Positions 15,806 through 25,106 of a DNA stretch of 64,000 bases are shown here, in pieces. Where the stretch lies: the IMG/VR virus record IMGVR_UViG_3300030095_006531, positions 12,457 to 76,456 of that record; one strand, written 5' to 3'. The stretch's first letter is position 1, and the number at the start of each line of letters is the position of its first letter. The position numbers and the translations under genes were made by a program. Under the pieces are notes generated by a model, which had not been told where the DNA came from, did not search any database, and saw nothing but the letters and a program-made list of their open reading frames with translations. Origin of the DNA: a virus. Lineage: Duplodnaviria > Caudoviricetes.

Positions 15806-17953
15806 ATGAGTACATTTAGTTATGGTATTCTGTCTGGTGGGACCGGCTCGTTCGGAAACATGCAGTACACAGACAATAGCTCAGGCACAGCAAGAGAATT
15901 TCTGGTGTCTGGTTCTAAGGGTCCGACCCTTAAAAATCTTACCGACGTAACAATTCAAGGAAACTTGACTGTTCAAGGTACAACAACAACAGTTGATTCC
16001 ACACAAGTTACAATCGGGGATCGTATTCTACAATTGAATACGTCTGATGGTGCTGGTGATGGTGGTATTTACGTTAATGACGCAGGTACAAATCAAACTG
16101 GTTCATTTTTGTGGGACTCTGACACAGATCGTTGGATGGGTGGTCTAAAAAATGCAGAGGTTATTCTTGTAGATAGAACTTCCACTGACACAATGACCAA
16201 TAAAACTCTAACAAGCCCAGTCATCAACACTGGTGATATTAACAACCCGGATATTGATGGTGGTAATATTGATGGAACAGCCATCGGTGCTTCAACACAA
16301 TCATCCGTTAAAGCGACTACGCTTTCTGGTTCAAGCACATTGGATGTTGATGGTAATGCACAATTTAATGGTTCTGTAACTGTTAAGAATGGCCAAACAT
16401 TCACCTCAAACACTGTTGATATTAACGGTGGTGCAATTGATGGTGCAAACATTGGTGCTGCTTCACGCGGTACTGCTGCTTTTACAACCCTTGATGCAAA
16501 TGGCGACATCACACTTGGTAGTGATTTTAACGACACAATTACCTTCAATGGTTATGCAACAACTTTTAGACCTTCAGATACTTCTCAAGATCTTGGTGCG
16601 GACGCAAGCAAATGGCGTAAACTTTATGTCACTGACATTGAAGGGTCGGCTTCGTCTGATTATGTAGGGTTCGGTTCAAGAGTTGGTTTTGAACAGCAAG
16701 TGTTTATGTCTGGTAGTGTTGTTCTTGGTGATGCAACATCTGATACAATCACAGCAACTGCTCGTTTTAATACAGATCTTGTTCCAAGCACTGACTCGGC
16801 TCGCGATCTTGGTACTTCTGCTCTTCAATGGGCTCAATTGCACGTAGATGCTGGTTATATTGATCAGTTGGGTGCGGCGCTTGATGCAAACAGTCAAAAC
16901 ATTACTAACGCTGGCAACATTTATGGTTCCGCAGTTTCAGGTAGTGTGTCTGTTCAAGGTGGTGCTGGTACATTTGCAAGTGCGGCGGTTGCTGGTGCTT
17001 TAACAGTAGATGGCAATGTTGATCTTGGTAATGCAACCTCAGATACAATCACAGCGACTGGTCGTTTTGATTCTGATCTTGTTCCAAGCACTGACTCTGC
17101 ACGAGATCTTGGTACTTCTGCTTTGCAATGGAAGGATCTTCACTTGGACAAAGGTTACATTGACCAACTTGGTTCTGCTCTTGATGCAAACAGCCAAAAC
17201 ATTACTGGTGCAGGAAACCTTTATGGTTCTGCTGTTTCTGGTTCTGTTTCTGTTCAAGGTGGAGCAGCTTCATTTGTGAGCGCAGCAATTGCTGGTGGCC
17301 TAACAGTAAATGGAAACGTTGATCTTGGCGATGAGTCAAGTGACACAATTACGGCTAATGGTCGTTTTGATTCCGATCTTCTTCCAAGCACTGACTCTGC
17401 TCGTGACCTAGGTTCATCTGCTCTTCAATGGGCTCAGTTGCATGTTGATCAAGGTAATATTGACCAACTTGGTTCTGCTCTTGATGCAAACAGTCAAAAC
17501 ATTACTGGTGCTGGAAACCTTTATGGTTCCGCAGTTTCTGGTAGTGTCTCTGTTCAAGGTGGTGCTGGTACATTTGCAAGCGCAACTATCTCCGGTCTTT
17601 TTGAGGCGAATGGAAATGTTGATCTTGGTAATGCAACATCCGACACAATCACAGCGACTGGTCGTTTTGATTCGGATCTTGTACCTTCAAGTGATGACGC
17701 ACGTGACCTTGGTACTTCTACTCTTCAATGGAAAGACCTTTATGTTGACGGTATTGCTTATATCGATCAACTCGGTACTGATGGCGATAAAATCGCCGCT
17801 GTTTACGCGACCAACGTGTACACAGGCGATTTCCATATGAAGAATGAGCGTGGCGATTGGACACTATTCGAGGAAGCAGATCACTTGCGGATCCGAAACA
17901 ACCAAACTGGTCAAGAATTTAAAATGGATATGACTCCAATTTCTGAAGAATAA
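15806..17953 (+). CDS. Long tail fibre/adhesin with 100-aa repeats
   Basis: AGGAGG SD then ATG 15806; G/S/T/D-rich beta repeats; shared C-terminal domain. Confidence 0.8.
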   Translation: MSTFSYGILSGGTGSFGNMQYTDNSSGTAREFLVSGSKGPTLKNLTDVTIQGNLTVQGTTTTVDSTQVTIGDRILQLNTSDGAGDGGIYVNDAGTNQTGSFLWDSDTDRWMGGLKNAEVILVDRTSTDTMTNKTLTSPVINTGDINNPDIDGGNIDGTAIGASTQSSVKATTLSGSSTLDVDGNAQFNGSVTVKNGQTFTSNTVDINGGAIDGANIGAASRGTAAFTTLDANGDITLGSDFNDTITFNGYATTFRPSDTSQDLGADASKWRKLYVTDIEGSASSDYVGFGSRVGFEQQVFMSGSVVLGDATSDTITATARFNTDLVPSTDSARDLGTSALQWAQLHVDAGYIDQLGAALDANSQNITNAGNIYGSAVSGSVSVQGGAGTFASAAVAGALTVDGNVDLGNATSDTITATGRFDSDLVPSTDSARDLGTSALQWKDLHLDKGYIDQLGSALDANSQNITGAGNLYGSAVSGSVSVQGGAASFVSAAIAGGLTVNGNVDLGDESSDTITANGRFDSDLLPSTDSARDLGSSALQWAQLHVDQGNIDQLGSALDANSQNITGAGNLYGSAVSGSVSVQGGAGTFASATISGLFEANGNVDLGNATSDTITATGRFDSDLVPSSDDARDLGTSTLQWKDLYVDGIAYIDQLGTDGDKIAAVYATNVYTGDFHMKNERGDWTLFEEADHLRIRNNQTGQEFKMDMTPISEE
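16718..17745 (+). repeat. About 3.4 tandem copies of a 300-nt coding repeat
   Basis: Equivalent positions at 16721, 17021, 17321 and 17621. Confidence 0.95.
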
Positions 17954-17986
17954 AATATTATTCTTTAGTTCTTGAACTAAAATAAA

Positions 17987-18027
17987 GTCCCTCGTCCGGC
18001 TAGTAGTTGGGCGAGGGCATTTTTTTT
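17987..18027 (+). terminator. Rho-independent terminator at the convergent junction
   Basis: CCCTCGTCCGGC-TAGTA-GTTGGGCGAGGG followed by a T-tract. Confidence 0.85.
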
Positions 18028-18235
18028 ACTTATCTTTTACTTGGATGGGGATCAGTACAACACTACAGGTTTCTTCTTCGCATTGTATGTTTTCAAATGT
18101 ATAGGGGCCAGCATGAAAAAAAGCAGGCGTGTTTTCAATCTTATAATATGTACCCCTATCTCCGTTAATAATAATAAAAACCTCTTCATCAGGGCGTTCA
18201 TTTTTAAGACGCCTTATTACTTCACTTACTTTCAT
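18026..18235 (-). CDS. Hypothetical protein
   Basis: Start moved to ATG 18235 (ATGA overlap with the upstream gene). Confidence 0.5.
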   Translation of the reverse strand: MKVSEVIRRLKNERPDEEVFIIINGDRGTYYKIENTPAFFHAGPYTFENIQCEEETCSVVLIPIQVKDK

Positions 18236-18543
18236 ACAAAATAACCCAATGTAAATGAAAGGCTTAAAAGTGTTAATACATTTGTCCAAAGAAGAAACTT
18301 AAGTAATTTGTTTCTTTGCCTCATCATGTCAATAAATTCAGCTATTGTTTCGTCTTGTTTCAAAATTAAATTACTCTCCACCTCATCCATCCTTATTTCA
18401 ATATCTTTTAACAACTCTGGGTTTATTCTCGAATAAACCTCATCGCCAATCTTTTGTCGCTCTTGGGCATCTTTTCGCTTTTGAGCTTCTGTTTTCAAAA
18501 GGGCTGCTCTTTGAAAGTCCCTGCTAAATCCACCTTGCGGCAT
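18232..18543 (-). CDS. Hypothetical protein with a C-terminal TM helix
   Basis: LLKFLLWTNVLTLLSLSFTLGYFV. Confidence 0.55.
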   Translation of the reverse strand: MPQGGFSRDFQRAALLKTEAQKRKDAQERQKIGDEVYSRINPELLKDIEIRMDEVESNLILKQDETIAEFIDMMRQRNKLLKFLLWTNVLTLLSLSFTLGYFV

Positions 18544-18544
18544 T

Positions 18545-18967
18545 TTATCCTACTCCTTGAGAGCCAGTCCAGTTATGGTGTAGCTCTACCTGATCAATCG
18601 TGGTCAAGCCTGCTATAACAGAGGCGGTTGCGTTAAGTGCTCCGCCTGTTGGGTCGATTCGCATATAGACGGCTTGAACTCTCCAGTCTGCTGAATATGA
18701 CTCTTGATTGTTTAAAATCAACCAATTGTTGTTGCCCGAGTCGTTTACTCCGTTTTCGGAAAAACCAATTCTTACGTCCACTTCGTTGGAACCATCGGGA
18801 CCAGTGTTTTTAATCGTTACAAATCTGGTCACATTTGGAAATTCTATTTTTATTATACTATTGTTGCTGGGAATTTCAATCGAAGCAGATAGGAACGGCT
18901 TTGCACTTGATTGATACGAACCAACATTACCCAAGCCTGCACGATAGTCAAAGTAGTTAGTTGCCAA
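18545..18967 (-). CDS. Small virion protein, paralog of the three genes at 50924-52166
   Basis: AGLGNVGSYQ..KPF, FPNVTRF and NWTGSQGVG shared motifs. Confidence 0.7.
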   Translation of the reverse strand: MATNYFDYRAGLGNVGSYQSSAKPFLSASIEIPSNNSIIKIEFPNVTRFVTIKNTGPDGSNEVDVRIGFSENGVNDSGNNNWLILNNQESYSADWRVQAVYMRIDPTGGALNATASVIAGLTTIDQVELHHNWTGSQGVG

Positions 18968-18969
18968 TT

Positions 18970-19932
18970 TTAATTTTCCTCTTTATCATAAGTAGTTAGA
19001 GTCTCATCTTCCCCAATCTTATTCCACTTTTTATCACTAAAAAATTTTAATTTTGGCTTCAACATCCTTTTTCTCTCTTCAGAAGACAGGTAAATGCACA
19101 AGTTGTCCCAAGAACTAATATCATAATACCATTCCATCTCCAGTTTCATTGTGGGTTTTGATAAATCTATTTTAGCAAAGATTTCTTCTATTTTAAAATA
19201 TCTTCCTGAATATCTTTCTTCTGCTGGTAAGAGCTTCGTATAGTATTTTTCTTCCCTCAAGCTTTCTTTGGGCTGGGATGTGTCATATTTTCCAGTTTGT
19301 TGATCCCAAAAATACTTTATTAATTTTCCTAGCTCACTTTCTTCAAACGCAAAGCCCACATATTTTCCATCCAATACAGACTCCCCTTTATCTGTGAGAA
19401 CAAAAAAGTTTCCTTTACTCGATATGTCTTTACGATATTTGCGTAAATACTGTGATGGGTAAACAGAGTTTGGAAATGCAACATAGTATTTGTTTGGAGC
19501 GACCCACTTGCTTAACCCTAAACACACTTTTTTGGCCACTTTTGCCCCATAAAGAATACTCCACGGCAAAGAATCCCTCTTGTCTTCATCGCGAGGATGT
19601 ATGCCAACATAATAAATGGGGATTTCTTTCCTATAGTTTGAGGGGTATGGGCTAAATTTTCTACTGATCCAGACTGGATCTTGTATCATTTCCCCCACAC
19701 GGTGCTTTAATAGGGGTTGAATATTTGAATGACATATCACCCAAATTGTTTCACATCCCACGGTGGCACACTCTAAGACTGCTCTTTCGATTGCTAGAAA
19801 ATCTGAAGATATTGGAACCATAGAATCTGGCCAAGGGAAATTAAAATCCATTTGTGGGCCAGCGACGGGAACTATTCCAGCTAAGTGATAAGATTTTGTA
19901 CTAGGTAATTCTTCGGGCGAGGTTTGCGGCAT
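18970..19932 (-). CDS. Divergent sugar-nucleotidyltransferase-like protein
   Basis: LAGIVPVAG...SMVPI...IERAVLECATVGCETIWVICH. Confidence 0.55.
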   Translation of the reverse strand: MPQTSPEELPSTKSYHLAGIVPVAGPQMDFNFPWPDSMVPISSDFLAIERAVLECATVGCETIWVICHSNIQPLLKHRVGEMIQDPVWISRKFSPYPSNYRKEIPIYYVGIHPRDEDKRDSLPWSILYGAKVAKKVCLGLSKWVAPNKYYVAFPNSVYPSQYLRKYRKDISSKGNFFVLTDKGESVLDGKYVGFAFEESELGKLIKYFWDQQTGKYDTSQPKESLREEKYYTKLLPAEERYSGRYFKIEEIFAKIDLSKPTMKLEMEWYYDISSWDNLCIYLSSEERKRMLKPKLKFFSDKKWNKIGEDETLTTYDKEEN

Positions 19933-20830
19933 AACATTTTTTTGCAGTGTTTTGTTTTATTATATCACGAAGTGAAGAATAAATGAAGACCATATCATCA
20001 CTTGAGTCATATAAATTTTGCGAAAACTTAACAGCGCGGGAAACAGTTTCTAATTTAACAGAATAATATTTATACTTTGTTTTATCATTTACATCTCTCC
20101 CGTTTCTGGCACCCCTAATTCCAACCTCTTTCATCATATAAAGTGTTTTAAACCTGGCATTTATGTCTGAATATTCAAAATCTTCTAGTTGTTTCTTATT
20201 CAAATACGAAACTCCAACTGCATCTTTAAGATTGTGCTTGCCGTCGATTCGTTGGGATGGGTAAAAAATTATTTCACGCACGAAATCGTTTTCACTATAA
20301 ACTAAATCGTAATCATGTTTCATACCGCTCTTAACATCAAACCAGTCATACACAGCACACCTACTATCACTTAGTGTGGGTGGAGGTAAACCATGTAAGT
20401 TATAGTCATCAAAAATAATTAATTTGTTATAAGATGCCTTAATCAGTCGAGCATTGGATGTGGATATTTTTAAAATACCATCCTGTATCCTTAGAGATGA
20501 CACGTTGTTCGACTTAATACACAGGCCAGATAAATTTAAATAAAAATATAACTTTTCCCACAAAGGCAATTTTAGTGAACCCACTTCTAAGGGGGATTTA
20601 TTTGTTTTTAGATTTTTTATTTCGTTTTTAAAATTAAAAACTGTTAAATCCAAATCGGGGTCAAATCTTTCAAAAAAATAAGGAGCAATAGTTCTGGTAG
20701 AAACAAAGGGAGTATTGGTTAAATATGAATAAGCAAGTGCTTCGAGGGATGAACCGATAATAATTTTATCGTGATTGACCTCGATATTTCGTATCCTCGA
20801 ATGCAAATCACTCTTTGGTAAAAAACTCAC
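19901..20830 (-). CDS. Hypothetical protein with a degenerate Rossmann-like start
   Basis: DKIIIGSSLEALAYSY. Confidence 0.4.
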   Translation of the reverse strand: MSFLPKSDLHSRIRNIEVNHDKIIIGSSLEALAYSYLTNTPFVSTRTIAPYFFERFDPDLDLTVFNFKNEIKNLKTNKSPLEVGSLKLPLWEKLYFYLNLSGLCIKSNNVSSLRIQDGILKISTSNARLIKASYNKLIIFDDYNLHGLPPPTLSDSRCAVYDWFDVKSGMKHDYDLVYSENDFVREIIFYPSQRIDGKHNLKDAVGVSYLNKKQLEDFEYSDINARFKTLYMMKEVGIRGARNGRDVNDKTKYKYYSVKLETVSRAVKFSQNLYDSSDDMVFIYSSLRDIIKQNTAKKCYAANLARRIT

Positions 20831-20878
20831 AGAAAATAACCCAAAACAACAAGAAAATAATAACCCTATCTACTCTCT

Positions 20879-21190
20879 CTAGTTCAAGCATTGGAGTTTG
20901 TTTTTAATTTTTGTCGCCATGTCAAAGTTTTGTTTTGTAATTTGTTCCATCTCTTGTAAAACAAACTCTCTGTTTTGGCCAAAATCCTCCGAATATAATA
21001 GCAGTGATATTCCTTCGCTTTTAGCCCTCATTTTCTCAAAATCAGGAATAATAAAAGAAATCATTTCCTGCTTAACAGGATCACCATCACACAACATTGC
21101 TGCGTTCAATAATTCTTTGCTGGATGTTACAAAGTCGTTACATATCCTTGCAAAATTTTCAACATCATTTTCTTCCATAATCATCATCAT
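20879..21190 (-). CDS. Hypothetical protein
   Basis: ORF in operon packing. Confidence 0.5.
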   Translation of the reverse strand: MMMIMEENDVENFARICNDFVTSSKELLNAAMLCDGDPVKQEMISFIIPDFEKMRAKSEGISLLLYSEDFGQNREFVLQEMEQITKQNFDMATKIKNKLQCLN

Positions 21191-21524
21191 ACCTCACTAT
21201 ATCATCTTCTCCAAAATAGTCTCCAACTTGCACCTCAACAAACACCAAAGGCTTTTTTCCATTACACTCCATCCGATGTTTTGATTCACGTGGGATAAAA
21301 AAGCACCGGCCAGGAAATGCGTCAAGTTCTTGTCCTTCCAGATTTACAATACCAGAACCTGCCACAACTGTCCAAACCTCAGTTCTTTTATGATGAGATT
21401 GATAGGACAATCTTTGGCCAGGATTAACAACAATTTCTTTTAATTTATAATATTTTCTGTCCTCTAGAACCTCATAGGTTCCCCATGGTCGGACTTCAAC
21501 GCCTTTTCGCTTTCTCATATGCAC
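21165..21524 (-). CDS. Mannose-6-phosphate isomerase type II cupin (ManC C-terminal-like)
   Basis: RPWGTY, VNPGQRLSYQSHHKRTEVWTVV, HRM and EVQVGDYFGEDDIVRYDDDYGR. Confidence 0.9.
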   Translation of the reverse strand: MHMRKRKGVEVRPWGTYEVLEDRKYYKLKEIVVNPGQRLSYQSHHKRTEVWTVVAGSGIVNLEGQELDAFPGRCFFIPRESKHRMECNGKKPLVFVEVQVGDYFGEDDIVRYDDDYGRK

Positions 21525-22194
21525 CCACTGTTATTGGATATAACTGTTTTACCACTTCTAACACAGCTTTGGCAACTTTTTGAATTTCGCCTTGTGCGCC
21601 TTCATGACTTCGTAAATCCACAAATTTTAAAATGTTATTAAGATTTGCTGTGCCGTAATACTCTGTATACATATTTTGCGGCAACAATCCTCTAGCTTGC
21701 TCTCGGCAAACTCCAGATTCCAGCAAGTTTTCATAATATTTTCTTACCAAATTGAGGTGTCGCCTTACTGATTCATGGACTTGACAACCTAATATGGGTT
21801 GACACATCGGCCCTGTGACAAACTCGTCCTCATGACTGGCTTGTCTATTAGACTTATGTTGTGTTCTGTATAAATCTGGATTATAAAACTCTATATTATA
21901 TTCTGTATATCTTCTGGAGATTTCATTATAACTCCATGTTCTATGTCTGTGGTGTTGTGAGCGAACATATAAAGGGACTTTAAACCTGAACGTCACAACA
22001 CAATGTTCTAGTGTAGAAGTGTGACGATGCTTGATCAAGTAATTAATCAATTTTTCGTCCTTCTCATCTAATAATTGTTTATGCTTCCCAAAAGATACAC
22101 GAGCAGAATTAACGACAGATAAATCGCAACCCATGTGCTCGACATATTCTACTTTTCCTATATTATCATCATAAAGATAAATTGGCTCAATCAT
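21496..22194 (-). CDS. thyX: Flavin-dependent thymidylate synthase
   Basis: HTSTLEH, RHRTWSYNEISRRY and EQARGLLP motifs. Confidence 0.96.
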   Translation of the reverse strand: MIEPIYLYDDNIGKVEYVEHMGCDLSVVNSARVSFGKHKQLLDEKDEKLINYLIKHRHTSTLEHCVVTFRFKVPLYVRSQHHRHRTWSYNEISRRYTEYNIEFYNPDLYRTQHKSNRQASHEDEFVTGPMCQPILGCQVHESVRRHLNLVRKYYENLLESGVCREQARGLLPQNMYTEYYGTANLNNILKFVDLRSHEGAQGEIQKVAKAVLEVVKQLYPITVGAYEKAKRR

Positions 22195-22879
22195 TTTTAA
22201 TCTTAGCCTCAATTAAATTAAGGTAATATTGTTTTTTCATTGCATCTAATCGAGATTTTGATTTAAAATTTTTCCATTTATCGTATATTTCTTTGAACTG
22301 AGTTTTCTTGCCAGCTATTTTTGACCAATATTCGGCAGCGTCATCCACGATGAAAAGTTCGTCATACCCTTCTTCACCTCCAGCCCACACTTCATCAATG
22401 ATGGTTCCATCATTCGTATACAAATGTATTGCATAAGGATTATCTGGCTCATTGTTTCTTGGGCCACCGAAAATAAATGAATCTTGTTCAAATTCTTTTG
22501 CTAGTTCTTGAGCAGCGTCAAATAGAGATGTTGAGGTTCTGAATTTATCACCCCTTGGCTCTTCCCAGACCAAGATAGAGTCTTCAACAACCACATCACC
22601 CTCTGGTCCGCCTTCTTTATATCCACTTCCAGGCATACCCACATAAGAAAAGCCTGCCTCATCAAGAGATAATTTTAATTCTTTATTTCTTTCGATGTTC
22701 TCTTCCTTATTGTAGTCGCCTCGAAAGGCGGTCAACATGGCAAAAGGAATTTTTTCACCTTCTATTCTTCTCTTGATTCTTCCATAGTTTGCTTCATTCA
22801 AGATTTGTGGTTTGGCTAATAAAATTGTTTTTGGATTTAACGCTTCCACAATTAACTTTTTTAAGTCTTTTATATTCAT
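22187..22879 (-). CDS. Hypothetical protein (DUF3293-like) with a leader motif
   Basis: FAMLTAFRG...N.ELK..L...GF...EDSILV...EFEQDSFIF. Confidence 0.5.
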   Translation of the reverse strand: MNIKDLKKLIVEALNPKTILLAKPQILNEANYGRIKRRIEGEKIPFAMLTAFRGDYNKEENIERNKELKLSLDEAGFSYVGMPGSGYKEGGPEGDVVVEDSILVWEEPRGDKFRTSTSLFDAAQELAKEFEQDSFIFGGPRNNEPDNPYAIHLYTNDGTIIDEVWAGGEEGYDELFIVDDAAEYWSKIAGKKTQFKEIYDKWKNFKSKSRLDAMKKQYYLNLIEAKIKND

Positions 22880-22891
22880 ATCTATATTCCT

Positions 22892-23251
22892 TTATTCGTC
22901 AACAACCCCTACAATGTAGTTTTGATGGATGATGTTAAAGTTTTTTCCCATCACTTTAACGTCCTCAATCATCGAATTGTCTACAACCAAAGTAACCTGT
23001 CCATTATTCTTTGCTGAACTCACGAACATATCGTCCATAGTACCAGTGGAGGTGGTCCAACTTGGTTGATTTGGGTTTAGATTTTTTAAAAATTGCTCAC
23101 AATCAGAAGCAGCACATAAAAATTCTACCAAACCATATCTTTCAGTATTACTAAGTTTTGCCTCTTCCGGGATAAGGACTGGGCTCGTCTCTTTGACCTC
23201 CTCCACTTTCTTCACTAGAACATGTTTGTTGAATGGTTTAAATTTACACAT
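22892..23251 (-). CDS. groES: Co-chaperonin GroES-like, with an insertion
   Basis: FKPFNKHVLVKK at the N-terminus, NFNIIHQNYIVGVV at the C-terminus. Confidence 0.7.
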   Translation of the reverse strand: MCKFKPFNKHVLVKKVEEVKETSPVLIPEEAKLSNTERYGLVEFLCAASDCEQFLKNLNPNQPSWTTSTGTMDDMFVSSAKNNGQVTLVVDNSMIEDVKVMGKNFNIIHQNYIVGVVDE

Positions 23252-25106
23252 ATTTTACCTCGCAAGCTCCTCCAGCGCAGGCAATTTCTCCGCTGAGGTT
23301 TGTATTGTCATCATACTCTGTAATCTTAGTTAAATCAACATCTTTTAGAGAGTCCATCATTCTTTTGTATGTCAACTCATCGCAATCTTCAAATGGAGCT
23401 TGCTTGTATGAGCCGCCATTATAAGGTAAAACAGATAGTCCATTATAATGATTTCTGTTTTCCCACATCCAATTACTGATAGTGTCCCACTCGTCCTCTT
23501 TTACCGAAATGGTTGCAGAGATGTTATGAGTATTATTTCCTCTTTTGTGGCCATTCTTGATCCAATTTTTAGAAAACCATTTTACCCTATCCAAAAGGCT
23601 TAAGGCGGATTCGTGGCGCAAGATTGCATTTTCTGGAGATTTTTGGGGTACAGAAATAACAGCCGTATCATGGGGTCTGAAGAATTCATCTTCTACTAAT
23701 TCTGGATGATTGATTGAAAGATAATGATATATATCCTCGTTCTTTCCCACTCGAATCCTACGAATATAATACTCGTTATGCCAAGCATGAATTCCACTTG
23801 AACAACCCAGAACAAGCGAGGATGTACCACTTGGTTTGATTGTGGTTACACGATTTGCAGGTCGAATACCTAACCGAGCGGCCACACGAACATTTTCGTC
23901 TTTTGCAACTTTAGCAGCAGCTTTCATATCCATCTCTTGTGCAAGGCCAGAAGCAATTCCTGTCAATCCTATACCCAATAAGGCTTCTTTTTCGGTGGTA
24001 CGTTGCCAAATAGGGCGCAAATAATGAAAATCAGTATAAGAGGCTTGAAGTGTGCCGACTAAAGCAGCAGCTTTTACCCTTTCATTTAAATCCTCTTGAG
24101 ACTCAATATTGGAAACATTTACTTCACAAAGATTACAAAATTGAAATGGGCGCAAACCAATCTCACAGCACGGATTTGTTCCCCAATCTTTATCGTGTGT
24201 AAAATATATTCCCGGTTCTCCAGAGTTTGAATGTTGGATGCGATCCCAAACTTCGTCAAAAAATTCCTTCTCTACGCGATGTCTTACCAACACAGCACTA
24301 TTATTTGCTCTAGCTCGTTGTGGGTTTTTTTCCCACCAGTTTCCTGATTTGCAAGCAATCATTTCTTTGTCATCGGCGGAAAATAGAGAGATTAGAGCAG
24401 CGCGTCGGATTCCACCAGCAAGGACAGCATCAGCAATATGACACACAATATCGTGAACTTCAATTGGCTCAAGCTGAGATCCTTCTTCCTTTTCGTTCAA
24501 GATAGATTTAAGTTGTCGAATGCATGTTTTAAGCGGTTCTGGTCCTGGAGCTTTACCGCCTGAAGTAATTAATTTTGCTCCCTTGGGGCGAATATCAGAA
24601 AAGTCAAAATCAATTGTAGAGGTTCCCTCAAAATAGGATCTCATCAATACTTTAACTGCATCAGCCCAACCCTCAATAGAGTCACCCACCAAGAAGCGTC
24701 GTTTTCGATCTGCACGAGGGTGGCGGATTTCCGGCAACTTTTCAACATGATGTCTTTGAACTGAAAAGCCGATGCCTGTGCCACCTAACAATAAAAATAA
24801 GATTTCATTAAAAGCTCGGTAGTCATCAACAGGCAAGAAACCGCAATTATAAACACGGTTTGGACTGATTTCGATTGGCTTACCTCCGAACTGTAGTGAG
24901 CGCATTGATGGTAAAATCTTTTTATCATAGACTAATTCATATGCATTTTCGATTTCCTCTTTCATCTCAGGAAACTTCTTTATGTGCATCTCCTTGTTTC
25001 GTGTAACTAATTCTTCCCATGTCTCTCTACGACCTAAATCCTTTCTATATTTTGCGTACTTCATAAACACTGTAATATCTGACAGTATTTTGCTTGCTAG
25101 TTCCAT
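23244..25106 (-). CDS. nrdJ: Class II (B12-dependent) ribonucleotide reductase
   Basis: YNC, NPCCEI..FCNLCE, TIKPSGT and C-terminal ACAGGAC. Confidence 0.92.
   Translation of the reverse strand: MELASKILSDITVFMKYAKYRKDLGRRETWEELVTRNKEMHIKKFPEMKEEIENAYELVYDKKILPSMRSLQFGGKPIEISPNRVYNCGFLPVDDYRAFNEILFLLLGGTGIGFSVQRHHVEKLPEIRHPRADRKRRFLVGDSIEGWADAVKVLMRSYFEGTSTIDFDFSDIRPKGAKLITSGGKAPGPEPLKTCIRQLKSILNEKEEGSQLEPIEVHDIVCHIADAVLAGGIRRAALISLFSADDKEMIACKSGNWWEKNPQRARANNSAVLVRHRVEKEFFDEVWDRIQHSNSGEPGIYFTHDKDWGTNPCCEIGLRPFQFCNLCEVNVSNIESQEDLNERVKAAALVGTLQASYTDFHYLRPIWQRTTEKEALLGIGLTGIASGLAQEMDMKAAAKVAKDENVRVAARLGIRPANRVTTIKPSGTSSLVLGCSSGIHAWHNEYYIRRIRVGKNEDIYHYLSINHPELVEDEFFRPHDTAVISVPQKSPENAILRHESALSLLDRVKWFSKNWIKNGHKRGNNTHNISATISVKEDEWDTISNWMWENRNHYNGLSVLPYNGGSYKQAPFEDCDELTYKRMMDSLKDVDLTKITEYDDNTNLSGEIACAGGACEVKYV

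Noticed and set aside
15054-18027. Invertase-controlled flippable fibre cassette
   Set aside because: No flanking inverted repeats or recombinase were recognised.
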